A stretch of DNA of 64,000 nucleotides from positions 372,001-436,000 of the forward strand of contig JAUFOQ010000016.1 in NCBI GenBank assembly GCA_040285855.1. Direction: 5' to 3'. The translations under genes and the position numbers were made by a program. This stretch comes from Eukaryota sp. GEM-RC1 (taxonomy: Eukaryota). Shown piece by piece: positions 24,345 through 35,439 of the stretch; the stretch's first letter is position 1; each line of letters starts with the position of its first letter. A model generated the notes under the pieces. That model saw only the letters and a list, made by a program, of their open reading frames with translations, did not search any database and was not told the origin of the DNA.

Positions 24345-26900
24345 TTGTGTAATTCTAGTCAGTGAAGGAAGGAATTTCCGCCACTCAGAATTTCGTAATA
24401 TTCAAAAATTCAAATATGTAAATTATTTAAAATGTGACAAACCAATTCAGAAAAATTTACATTCAGACCCAACACTTCTAATTCCGAAACATTTCACATT
24501 TGATCATTCACTTCAATTCTTTTATTATCAAGAGGATTTTGAAAGTGAATAGAAACTTTTAATTTATATTCACCAAAATCAATGACATAAAATCGAAAGC
24601 CACAGTGTTGACGAATGCTATGTCGTTGTTGAGATGGAGTAAATCACAGAAGAGTCCTTATGATCACCGTGAAAGGTTGTCATGACCGAACTACCATTAC
24701 CATTGGTAGCCAACATACGACTTTGGCATTGGTCAACAATGTCATCGACTAAATCAGTGGTTAGCTTACCCACATAGTCTTGTTGAGGTAAAGAACATTG
24801 ATATGCGCATTTCTCGTTGATAAGTGAAGAATCATGTAACAATTTGATCTTTCCACTCATAAGAGACGCTAGTTGCGGAGCAGAAGCTTTTTCCTCGGAA
24901 TAATTGCTTGACATTCCACAAGACAGATTGCGCTACGTCAAGAGGATACGTACAGATAAAGACGTAGTTACAGAAAATGTGAAGAGGACAACCAGAGGCA
25001 TAGATGAGTCTGGACCCAATTACTGTGTTCGAAAAATAGAAAATAAGAGAAATAATTGTCAGCAAGTTCCAATCGAGTTTCTTCCATATTGGGTACTGGC
25101 CAGAGATCGGCAAAAATATATTTCAATACATTTTTCGTTCTCAAAAGCGCGAAATAAATAACTGTGATATATCAGTATTTATTGTCATAAATCTACTATA
25201 TCTATAAAAAGATGATTTAGCTAAAAAAAACTTAAATATAACTAATTCTGCAGTGCGGCTCTGACTACCGTTTCATCCCACAACTTACGGTTAGCCTTTA
25301 AGAAGAGCTCATCACGGAGAGAGGTAGGATGGAGATTGCATCTTCGATTTGATAAAGACAGTATTAGTTGGGAGAAGAGCCAATCCACTCAGTTGGAGAC
25401 AAGAATGAAAGATAGATCGTATTATTCAACACTAGCACCCCTTACAACATTCAAATGTTGTTGATAGTTGTCAAAGTCATTGAAAGATTCAGAATCAATG
25501 AAGTTTTGCCATTGAAGCAAGCCATTGAGAAAGATTGAGAAAGATCTCCAATCTGTCCATTGATCACCTTGATTATTATTCTCCTTTCAAACTGGTTTAA
25601 GGCGGGAATAATTTCTAGTTGTTTCTTTCTCCACAAACTCATACGGCAATCCACATTCCGTGATACAGTCCAGCCATCTGAAGTACATGAAAGCTTTGTC
25701 ATCAACCGCGTGATCGAGTCCGCCATCTGCATACTCTTTCATGTACTCAGGATGTTTGTCCTAGATGTGAGAAATATGATTAATCCATCCTTTTCCTTAA
25801 TGAGCAATCCGTTTAACTTCACAAGTACAATGTAAGAGCTGAGGGGACCAACAACTTCACCTTTCAAGAGTCCTTCGTTCTAATCTTCAAAAATAGACAA
25901 TTGAAAAATTGTAGTTTTAGCATCTTCAAGATAGAGAGAAGAAACCAAAATGGGAGCATGACTGAGCTTGTGTCTTTTTTACCATGAAAGCCGATCCACA
26001 TGTCCTTAATTAGTAGCTGTAAGACTTACCCTCTGACATTCATGACACTGGTACTTAGTGGTATGCTTGGCATTTACATGTTGGCATAATGATTGCGAGA
26101 GTCTAAATACTGCACCACAGTGCTTACAACGATGGCTTGTTCTCAATGTATTAAATAATATTCACTTTTCTATATAAATGTCATTTTTCTCTTTAATTTC
26201 AAAATATTAGAGTTTTATTTTTTAAAATGTAGATAGAGAACTGTGTAAAATTAGAATCCTTGATCAACTGCCTGACGTTTGACCCATTACGGACAACTTT
26301 TTTTAATGGCGGTTCTCTTGAAGTGAACTATCCTATTGTAAACTTAACTCTCTTAATATATAACAGAGCCCGCAGGAACCAAAATGCTTTCGTTGTCACC
26401 CAAATTGAATGAACCATCATTATAAAGGTCTTTGTAGAATAATAGTCAAGGCTGTCCTGGATATTGGCAAGGAGGTTGATAAGGATGATGAATAATGATA
26501 TATCCGATTAGTTTACATAACAAAAGATTCTAATGGAATCAACAAAGAAAATACGTGAACATGATAATCGAAGTCAACACAATCGCAATCACTTTGGTTT
26601 AAATAACTAATTTTGCACAGCATATCATATGCCTCGAGATAGGAGAAGAGCAAAACATGCAAACCTTTGAAACAACATCAACAGAAGCAGATGAAAGAAG
26701 CTGAGGTTTCGACATCGAATCAGGAGGAATAGAAAGGGCAACCAGTGTTGCTACATCAGATAAAGCTTTACAGACACGACATGTTGCTTTTGTATGCCCA
26801 GTAGCCTTACAAACAGAACAAGTAGTCACCGAACCTTTAGGGCGACCTCTTGCAGGCTCTTAATGGAAGAAGTTGATGGCATAAGCAGACATGAAGAGAA
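24345..26900 (-). mobile_element. Unclassified decayed zinc-finger element, long copy
   Basis: AT-hook RGRPK plus knuckle CSVCKATGHTKATC (26780-26855) and C2H2 finger CKHCGAVFRLSQSLCQHVNAKH (26060-26130). Three blocks match 42690-43500 in reverse complement. Confidence 0.7.
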
Positions 26901-27099
26901 AGAAAATCATTTTTATTAAATGAATTAATGGTAATAATGGAATATTGGAATTAAGTACCAAAAATAATTGCGTGTACCAAATATTTATGAGGGACGCTTT
27001 CTCTAATTGCAGGTTTCATAACACCATTTGACTCAATAAGAAGAGGATGTTAGAGTGTTATGAAAACAGATGCATTTTGTGCAAGAATGAGTCTAGAAG

Positions 27100-27760
27100 C
27101 TTTATCCCGATTTACAATGAGATTTCAACCCTTTTGATTGATCGAGAACGACAGTGAAATCATAAACACCATCACCAATTTGACGATAAGACAAGGTAGA
27201 ACGTTCATAGAACGAAGAATAAACAGCAATAGGCACGTTGAATAGAAGAGAAATTAGATATTTATACTAGTAAATAAAATCATTTTTGTTTTCATGTATA
27301 TCATTTTCTTATCGTTGGATAAATTCAAAAAAAATAAAAATACGGAATTATGTAACTTGATGCACGTACTTTGACACTTTAGTGTTGTCAGCGTCTTTCA
27401 ATGGATCATTTGAAGTATGCAAAGCTGAAGCTTTGCAAGGGTCAACGGTCGTAAAATCAACAACAATTTCTTGGCATGACAACCAATGGCAATAAAACCA
27501 CCACGTTTATTAGTAGAATCAGGGTGATCTGAAAGATGAGAAAGTAACGGTTCAACTTTGCCATGCTATTCGCCTTGAACATTTCCAAACATGTATCTCG
27601 AAGACTGTTGTGCAAAATTGAACGACAATATATGAATTTTGAACAATTGACCAAATGGTGAAAGCAAGCTTTCAACAAAATGGTCTTTATGCATCTATTT
27701 TTCGTGATTGATACGTGTAGCAATTCCGATCAAATACAATAACAGTTCAGTGGCTATGTA
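27100..27760 (-). mobile_element. Relic of RLE-type non-LTR retrotransposon (C-terminal zinc knuckle + endonuclease)
   Basis: FHHLVNCSKFIYCRSILHNSLRD and IVVDFTTVDPC...PLKDADNTKVSKY align by eye with ORF 40881..41690. Confidence 0.75.
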
Positions 27761-27963
27761 TCATCAATTGAAATCTCATCACTGAGCTTCAATAATTTAA
27801 TTTAATTTTTAAAAAAAGAAGATAAAAGAAGGAAACACAGAAAGCAGAATCAAAAAAACTCCAAAAACTCAGAAGCTTAAACTGACATCACAGCTTCAGG
27901 TTGCAAACTGTTGATCTGGAGTCAATCAATCAATAATACTGGACAACTCTCAGGTATATCTTT

Positions 27964-29004
27964 TTATAACAGCTGTAAGAACTGTGTAGGATGACACAAC
28001 TGAAACCAGGGGTAATACAAATGATCCCCCACAAGAACAAGATCTCCAGAAAGATCTGTTTCATGTCCTTTGATTCTAATTCTGTTTGTGATTAGATTGA
28101 CTTCGATTTCAAAGGTGGAGTTTGATTCCCACTTGGAGAAAGTTCCATGGAGAGTAGATGAGTGACCACCATTAGACACACAAATGATTACACCATTGTT
28201 GATGAGAGAGTTCCAACGACGGATAGTCATTGCCTTCTCGTAAAAGAGATTTCTAACTGACACACCAAAAGAAAGACATGATAGACTATTGCCATCAAGA
28301 TTACCTCCAACAGAAACTTTCCATTTATACACTGAACCTGATTGGAGTGGATTCTTTCCAAAAACGTGACCAGTTCCATAACCATACTTAAAGCAATCTT
28401 TACCATACTCTACTCTCTTTCCATCGTCCAAGACCGTAATATAATTACTCTTGTCAGTGGTGGAGAATAGAATTTCCGTAGTGTTTGATACAGTTGGAAC
28501 CACAGTTGCAGAAGCTGTAGGAGGTGTGTCCATCAAGATTTGCAGAGCTTGTTGGACATGACCATCAGTGATCCTTAAAGCTGTCTGTGCTTCACTTGCA
28601 TCAAACCCCATCTCCAGAAGCTGTTGCAGAGGAGCGTTCTGGGAAGTGTGTTGGTGACCATAAGAAGGGTCCGGTGCTGTTGTTGGGTTGAGTTGAGATG
28701 GACTGATAGTGCCTGAAGTAGCAGACTTGAGACGATCTAACTCTTCTGTTAGTTGTCGAATCTGAGCTTCTTGGGACTTGATTATAGCTGATTCAATCAG
28801 GATGAGAGAGTGGGAGCGGAATGGTATGGGTTTGTGAATATAGTCTGCGCATCCGTCGCATAGAGAAAGAACACAGTCTGAGCAATAACAGGTGGCTTCT
28901 GCTTCCTCACAGGCTTCGCAAATCACTTCCTTGTGGTCCTGTGAAGGAATAAGACGAGCAGCATTCACTTCCTGAAGATTGATAGAGTCTGGACGCTCAG
29001 ACAT
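27964..29004 (-). CDS. B-box + coiled coil + UBA + SPRY-like domain protein
   Basis: B-box CEACEEAEATCYCSDCVLSLCDGCADYIH...H, UBA LLEMGFDASEAQTALRITDGHVQQALQIL, and beta-rich C-terminal domain (SGSVYKWKVSV...YYPWFQL). Confidence 0.8.
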   Translation of the reverse strand: MSERPDSINLQEVNAARLIPSQDHKEVICEACEEAEATCYCSDCVLSLCDGCADYIHKPIPFRSHSLILIESAIIKSQEAQIRQLTEELDRLKSATSGTISPSQLNPTTAPDPSYGHQHTSQNAPLQQLLEMGFDASEAQTALRITDGHVQQALQILMDTPPTASATVVPTVSNTTEILFSTTDKSNYITVLDDGKRVEYGKDCFKYGYGTGHVFGKNPLQSGSVYKWKVSVGGNLDGNSLSCLSFGVSVRNLFYEKAMTIRRWNSLINNGVIICVSNGGHSSTLHGTFSKWESNSTFEIEVNLITNRIRIKGHETDLSGDLVLVGDHLYYPWFQLCHPTQFLQLL

Positions 29005-29888
29005 GACAAGATTTAAGAGATGATCTTTCAGATCTTAGGCTCTGAGCAAAGTCTGAAGTGAAATCCGATTATAATTCGAATCAACCACGATGCCTCTCAA
29101 TCAATGTCTGTTGGACTGTTGTGTATTCCGTCACACAACTCCAAATCCAATAATATGAGTTCAAAACCTGTTATATATTAAGAACGTATACAAATCGAAA
29201 TTCTAGATCAAGCTAATGAATTAGATAAGTAGATATTTTAGTGTATGATAATCATACTACGATTTTCAAAAGCTTCATATTTAACAAAAAGAGTTACTGG
29301 AGAAATGGAGAATTTCCATATTCAACTTTGATCCAAACACAGTTCAATGTTCAAGGAAAATGGAATTCATCCTACGTCTTGGCTAGAATCTTTGCTCGCG
29401 ATTTTTGGAAACATTGAATAGTTGTTTTCCTTTCTTCTCATTTATCAAGTATTTCGTTAAAACATTCAACTTAAAAGTGAAGATGGCTTCCCTGATATGT
29501 GTGGTTAAACGTACATTGTCTAATCAAATAGTCCTTGATGTTTCAACACTGTAGACATGTGCTCACCGTTTTTTTCAACATTTTGACTGAGAATGGTTCT
29601 AACCACGAAGATCCAAGCGCAATCAGAATCTAGATTCAAAATGTATATTTGGCACAATTGATATTTCGATTTTTGTAAGCAACGATGAAATAGCCTCTCA
29701 GATTTTCACTGAGTTTGGACGTATGTGTAAATTTCAGAATGGACGATTCAGTTTATCAATTTGTCATAATCGTTTCACTTTTTCCTCAGTTTCGATACAG
29801 TTATGAAGTCAATTATCAAAGAGGTGTGCAATAATTGTGATGTTGTTGGCCAGGAATTTGTGTCATATAATTTTCGTACATCTTTGTT

Positions 29889-30551
29889 ATGTACTCATCC
29901 AGTCCCCTCAACCATACTACTTCTCCGATAACTACGGGAACTGCCGTACTTGCAGTCAAATTCAGTGGTGGTGTCCTTATTGCTTGTGATACCCTTGCTT
30001 CATATGGATCTCTTGCTCGCTTTCCTTCAGTAGAACGCCTCAGATCTCTTGGCAACAGGACACTTATTGCTGCCTCTGGTGACTACAGTGATTTTCAAGT
30101 AATGATGGATCATCTAAATGAACAACTGCGAGAAGAAAACTCTCTTGATGATGGTTATGTTCGATCTCCATCAGAATATCATCAACTTATAGCCAGAATT
30201 CTCTATAACAAACGATCGAAAATGGATCCTTGGTGGCTTCAATGCTTAATTGCAGGTAGCCTCAATGGAGAATCTTTTCTAGGTCTAGCTGATCTGAGAG
30301 GAACTCACTTCTGTGACGACTTCCTCGCTACTGGTTATGGATCCTACCTCGCTACTCCTCTCTTCAGAAAGTACTGGAGACCAGATCTCTCACTAGAAGA
30401 TGCTAGGGCTCTTATAACTGAAGCAGTTAAGGTCTTGGTTGCTAGAGATGGCAGAACTCACCCTCGTTGGCAGTTTGGAATCGTCACTGATAGAGATATA
30501 ACTATTGAACCAGCATCTGAATTGGAGATCAGTTGGGCAATTGCTTCGTAA
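29889..30551 (+). CDS. PSMB4: 20S proteasome subunit beta-7
   Basis: TTSPITTGTAVLAVKF, ASYGSLARF, SGDYSDFQ, YNKRSKMDPWW and ATGYGSYLA. Confidence 0.95.
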   Translation: MYSSSPLNHTTSPITTGTAVLAVKFSGGVLIACDTLASYGSLARFPSVERLRSLGNRTLIAASGDYSDFQVMMDHLNEQLREENSLDDGYVRSPSEYHQLIARILYNKRSKMDPWWLQCLIAGSLNGESFLGLADLRGTHFCDDFLATGYGSYLATPLFRKYWRPDLSLEDARALITEAVKVLVARDGRTHPRWQFGIVTDRDITIEPASELEISWAIAS

Positions 30552-30750
30552 TGAATTGTATAGTTTTCAAAAGACATAAAATCTTGAAATAAATGGAGTC
30601 GCAACATTATCGATTTTATTACAGTTCTTTTGCTTTAAAAAAACTGTATTTATCTAGATCAGACTCGATTCTGAATTTTAGTTGGATGAAACAACATACA
30701 CAGTGGTTTTGCTCAATTTTTTATCAATTATTTCCAATATTTCCACTCCA

Positions 30751-31416
30751 ATGAGTGCTATTATAGTGGAAGCGGGATCTTTCAACCCTCCGACACGCTT
30801 ACATATCTCTATGCTTGCAAGAGCTTCTCATTGTTTGACACAGAAAGAGATTAATGTTTCCAAACTGCTCATTTCTCCTGTTTCAGATCACTATGCTAAA
30901 CCTACTCTTTCATCACTTGTACATCGCATTGCTATGCTTAAACTAGCTTTAAAAGATGCCGGAATAAATGCTGAGATCGATCTATGGGAAACTCAACAAC
31001 CTCGATACATGCCCTCATTGTTTCTTTTAAACCACGTCCAACATCAAAATCCCTCGGATACCATCTACCTAGTCATTGGGGCTGACATTGTGAGGGATAT
31101 GGCTCTTCCTGGAAACACCTGTTGGCCATGGTGTACTCTCAAACCTCTGCTTCAGAACTACTCAGTCATTGTCATTGAGAGAGGAGATATTGACATTGGG
31201 GCTATCATTCAGAAGTCTAGACTGGAACCTTATCGTCACAAGTTTATTCTATGTGGAAGAATTGAAGAAGCGGAAGATCCCGTTTCCAGTACTAGAGTAC
31301 GAGAAATGTGTAGTAGAAGTGTTGAAAGAGAAACAATTGAGAGGTATATTTATCCAAGTGTGTTTGAATATATCCAAAGAGAAGAAATATATCAAAAAAG
31401 TAAAATACAGAAATAG
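30751..31416 (+). CDS. NMNAT: Nicotinamide/nicotinate mononucleotide adenylyltransferase
   Basis: GSFNPPTRLH, ISPVSDHYAK, DLWETQQ, GAD and VSSTRVR. Confidence 0.92.
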   Translation: MSAIIVEAGSFNPPTRLHISMLARASHCLTQKEINVSKLLISPVSDHYAKPTLSSLVHRIAMLKLALKDAGINAEIDLWETQQPRYMPSLFLLNHVQHQNPSDTIYLVIGADIVRDMALPGNTCWPWCTLKPLLQNYSVIVIERGDIDIGAIIQKSRLEPYRHKFILCGRIEEAEDPVSSTRVREMCSRSVERETIERYIYPSVFEYIQREEIYQKSKIQK

Positions 31417-31648
31417 AAAGAACTGGAAATAACTGTTGAAAAATGTACATTTGTTATGCAGATCTAAAAAAGAAATTATTTAAAAGGTTTGGCCGTTCAA
31501 TAAATAATTGAAAATGGAATGATGATTAAGAACAAATTAAAACATAAACATTAGCCAAATTTTTCAATTATTGATACAAACCAATCAAAATCAATATCCA
31601 ATAGAGAACAATCAAAGTGAAACGATGAGTCAAAATCAGTCAAGTTGA

Positions 31649-33805
31649 TTAACACCGCACGTGCTCGTGATAGAAACTCAGGATCGTCTCTGATTGACCT
31701 ACACTCATCATCATTACTAGATTTGATAGTAAAAAGGAGTTGAAAGTCAATGCAAATAGATAATCAGAAACAATGATATTTCGATAACCTAAAGTCCTGA
31801 ATTGAATGACGAAGACAACAAAAGAAAAAAGAAGAAAAACTCTTTTAAAAGAGGGGAGATCGTTCATTATAAAATAATTGAACTTTTCTAAATTATTCAG
31901 CAAAAATTGCTCGCTGTCAATATGAAACTTTGATAGAAGAACGTCATCTACATTGTCGTCCTTGTCCAAGCCAAACCACAACAAGCTATCAGGAAAAGAT
32001 AGTATAAGATACAGGGAAACTAAAACATCATGATTACCAACATTGATCAAATGATGTAGAACTTTCTCGAGTTCAGAACAATCAGTTGATTTGAGAAATG
32101 ATATGACAATCAATGGTGTGATTGCTAGTGAAGTATGACGGTCGAGGAAGGTGTACAAAAAGGAATCTGTATAGGAGGATATTAGCATTAAATAACGAAC
32201 TTGAATTGAGCAGTTGGTCTGAGGTAGGGATAGATTGGAATTGAGAATTTCTAAATTTTGCAATAGAGTTAAAATCAAGGGGCAGCTATTCGTGACAGAG
32301 ACAAAAGCCGAACTGGTAAAATTCAAATTTTTGACGAATATTTCAAACAGATATGGGCTCAAAACATTTAAAAAATAATAAAATTTTGATGGATACACAG
32401 AAAAAAGGCTTATAAACAGATCAATAGCAGAATTCCCAAGGACATTCTCTAATATCTTTGCAGTTTCCTTAACCAAAGACTTATCCTGAGCAACAAAGTC
32501 CATATTCTTAACAAGTAAAGAATAAAAAGAAAAATATAATTTGGTACCTTCCTTAACTGAGAAAAGAGCAGGAAAAAATGAAGAAAAATGAGGGTATCTT
32601 GACATTAATCGACAAAGAAAACAAAATCCCGATGAACCAAATTTCTTGAGGAAGGTTTTGAAAAATTCCACATAATTAATTTGTTTGACAACGACACGGA
32701 ACACCGCTACAACAACCAATGCAAACTTCACAATCGACTCATCATATTTTTCAAATTTTAATAATATTTCAACACACTGGTCAAACACCTGCTTCTTACA
32801 AAAACTCTTTGCCAACAAGGCACTACACAATGAACTACCATCAACCACAAATTGACTACCTGTTACCCAAGCCTCAAGCCAAGATCCAGGAAACTCATCA
32901 CGATTACAAAGAGACCTCAATGCTGGTGACATTGCAATTGAATTTAGAAGGTTTGCTGTAGAATCAAAAATGATGAGTAATTCTGCCTCATACATGTGAA
33001 TCCATCTATAAGAAACTTCGGATAAAACTTTGTCAAGAAAATATGTTCGGAAATTAATAGAGAAATTAATTGATTGAGATTCTGGATTTTGCAGATGTTT
33101 TGTATGCAAAAGACTAAAATGCTGTAGAAAGAGACTGAAGAACTCAGCAAACACAGCAGATGAACATAAAACAAGAAGTTGTGAGAATAGAACAGTGCCT
33201 AGAACTCCAGGACAAGTCAAAGATCTTGAAAAAAAAGTAGAGATTATGAGGTATAAGGAATTAAGCAGTTTGTTGACGTGTGGTGATGTGGCGGTTTCAG
33301 TGAAATGTGGCAAATATGTAGAAGCAACTATAGCGAGGATCTCGTAAGCAAGAGAGGAATCATGAGAGAGCGCAGCAGACTTAAGGGAATCAGACAGAGC
33401 GAAAATGGAAGGTTCGTTTTGGAGAGTAGTTAAGGAAGAGAAGGAGAATGTAGGGAGGAAGGTAGGGAAGGTTGTTGAGACAAAAACTGATAGTGCAGAT
33501 GTAGAAGTTTTCGTTAGTAGAGGTTGGATTAAGTTCAAAGTCCAAGAGATTTGCCTGTCAAAGACTCTGGTGAGAATGTGACTTGAAGGAGAAGAGAGTA
33601 TGTCCATTAGGGAGGCAATGCGGGACATGAGGGCAATTAGAGGAAGATCTCTACAAGAGTGAAGTACATTGTTGATTATTTCGTCAGTGATACTATCTAA
33701 TTGATCATCATGCAATAGTTTTGCAAGAGAAATAGGTGATGAATCATCAAGAACCTGATCAACTGCTGAAGACAAACCCAGCCACAGTTGAAAGAGATGA
33801 TTCAT
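31649..33805 (-). CDS. Hypothetical helical (Leu/Phe/Ser-rich) protein
   Basis: 718-aa ATG-initiated ORF; no motif recognised. Confidence 0.65.
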   Translation of the reverse strand: MNHLFQLWLGLSSAVDQVLDDSSPISLAKLLHDDQLDSITDEIINNVLHSCRDLPLIALMSRIASLMDILSSPSSHILTRVFDRQISWTLNLIQPLLTKTSTSALSVFVSTTFPTFLPTFSFSSLTTLQNEPSIFALSDSLKSAALSHDSSLAYEILAIVASTYLPHFTETATSPHVNKLLNSLYLIISTFFSRSLTCPGVLGTVLFSQLLVLCSSAVFAEFFSLFLQHFSLLHTKHLQNPESQSINFSINFRTYFLDKVLSEVSYRWIHMYEAELLIIFDSTANLLNSIAMSPALRSLCNRDEFPGSWLEAWVTGSQFVVDGSSLCSALLAKSFCKKQVFDQCVEILLKFEKYDESIVKFALVVVAVFRVVVKQINYVEFFKTFLKKFGSSGFCFLCRLMSRYPHFSSFFPALFSVKEGTKLYFSFYSLLVKNMDFVAQDKSLVKETAKILENVLGNSAIDLFISLFSVYPSKFYYFLNVLSPYLFEIFVKNLNFTSSAFVSVTNSCPLILTLLQNLEILNSNLSLPQTNCSIQVRYLMLISSYTDSFLYTFLDRHTSLAITPLIVISFLKSTDCSELEKVLHHLINVGNHDVLVSLYLILSFPDSLLWFGLDKDDNVDDVLLSKFHIDSEQFLLNNLEKFNYFIMNDLPSFKRVFLLFSFVVFVIQFRTLGYRNIIVSDYLFALTFNSFLLSNLVMMMSVGQSETILSFYHEHVRC

Positions 33806-34168
33806 GAAAAAGACAATCTTGTCCTGTCAGAACAGGAGTTCTATGAAGTTAGAAGTTGGAGATGAACTCTGGAAGAAATTTGAAATTCAGACTTTAAAAA
33901 TGCAATGACTTCATCTTGTCAAAGGGATCACAATGTTATGGACAATCACGTTAATATACTGTGTATGAAACAAATGAGTTTACGAGAAACAGAAACACGC
34001 GACATAAATCAAATTACAATGCAACTGAACAACCAATCGGTTGATATCTGACATTGTATTGTCTGGATCGAATTTGTAGGGTTTGAACTTCAACCTTAAA
34101 ACTTTGAAGAACCGCTACTTGTAGAGATCAAGCAAAAACCATTATAAATTTGCCATTTTGTACAGTAG

Positions 34169-35383
34169 ATGTCTCTAACCACCAAATCGTCCAACTCCCA
34201 GAGGCTTTTAAACACTCTCACGTTTCTCTTTATACTTAGTGTCCTCGTTGGTTTTGCTTTACCTCTTGTTTCCATTTTCGACACAGCTCGTTCTTCAGAG
34301 ATCTGGAACCCAAACACAACAGTCTCTTTCCATTTCTCAGCTTCGTTAGTGCCAGAAACGTATCTCTTTCGAATCGTCGTCATTCCACAAGTCACATTTA
34401 TACCGCAGTTCTCTGTCTATAATGCATCTCTTGAGGTTGAATCTGATAACTATAAGACCTTTCAGATCCAACCGTGGCAAATCCAGTGCGAATCTGCCAT
34501 TGGAACCCACTTCTCTTGCAAACCGATCCAAATCTTTAGCTTACCTCTTCCCCCAGATGACAAATACTCCTTCACCTTAACTCCACGTGTCTCTCTTCCC
34601 AATATTGCCTTTAGAGTGGTCTACAAGTTTCAAGAGCCTCTCTTTTTAGTTCTGGCTCAACTCTTCTTCCTTTGTTTTTCTTGTGCAATCTTACTTACTA
34701 TTGTGTTTAAAGTAAGAAACAAGATTTTCAATTCAGAAACTATTCTGTTGGTGATTGTTGGTATCAGCTTTTGTATATATTCAGTGCAATTCTATTTGCT
34801 TTCCTTTTCATCTGTATATTTGTATCTCCTCAAATTCTTAGAACTTTTCTCTTTTCTCTTTCTCCTCTTACATTGGTCTATTTCCATGAGAACGTGGGTT
34901 TCATACATTTTAGCTCCAATGTCATTTGCTATCTTTATTATGATGGCATTACGATTACCACTTGAAGTTCCTTTTTATTCATATGTTTCTACTTCTCCTG
35001 TAATTAGTGACAACTCTATTGGTGTCGATCTAAAACTGTTGATTCTCTTAGTCCAATCCTTGTACATTGTTATTATCATCTTCTTTTCCCTTTCACTTTT
35101 GTCTCAATTACTGGTACCAATGCAAAGCACGACTCCCAGAAGTAAATCAATCCTGTGGTCACGACCTCAATTCGTCATCATTAATACAGTTACTGTGATA
35201 GTGCTGGGTTTGTATTTTATTCAGCAATACTCTTTAGGATATTTCTACTCACTGTCAAATATTTTTTCAAGAAATATCTTAATTGGATATTATGTTGTGC
35301 AAACTTTGTTTTTTGCTTCCAATTCCATTCGAGAAGATGAAACAAAACACACGCCAATGGTTCCCATAAACTCATTTCTGTAA
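34169..35383 (+). CDS. Membrane protein, possibly Wntless/TMEM181-like
   Basis: N-terminal TM segment, lumenal domain with Cys pair QIQCESAIGTHFSCKPIQIFSL, then about 7 TM segments. Confidence 0.5.
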   Translation: MSLTTKSSNSQRLLNTLTFLFILSVLVGFALPLVSIFDTARSSEIWNPNTTVSFHFSASLVPETYLFRIVVIPQVTFIPQFSVYNASLEVESDNYKTFQIQPWQIQCESAIGTHFSCKPIQIFSLPLPPDDKYSFTLTPRVSLPNIAFRVVYKFQEPLFLVLAQLFFLCFSCAILLTIVFKVRNKIFNSETILLVIVGISFCIYSVQFYLLSFSSVYLYLLKFLELFSFLFLLLHWSISMRTWVSYILAPMSFAIFIMMALRLPLEVPFYSYVSTSPVISDNSIGVDLKLLILLVQSLYIVIIIFFSLSLLSQLLVPMQSTTPRSKSILWSRPQFVIINTVTVIVLGLYFIQQYSLGYFYSLSNIFSRNILIGYYVVQTLFFASNSIREDETKHTPMVPINSFL

Positions 35384-35439
35384 CATCTTTTTTAAAAAAT
35401 ATTCAAAAATTTCAGATACTGAAAAGTCGACATAACCTC

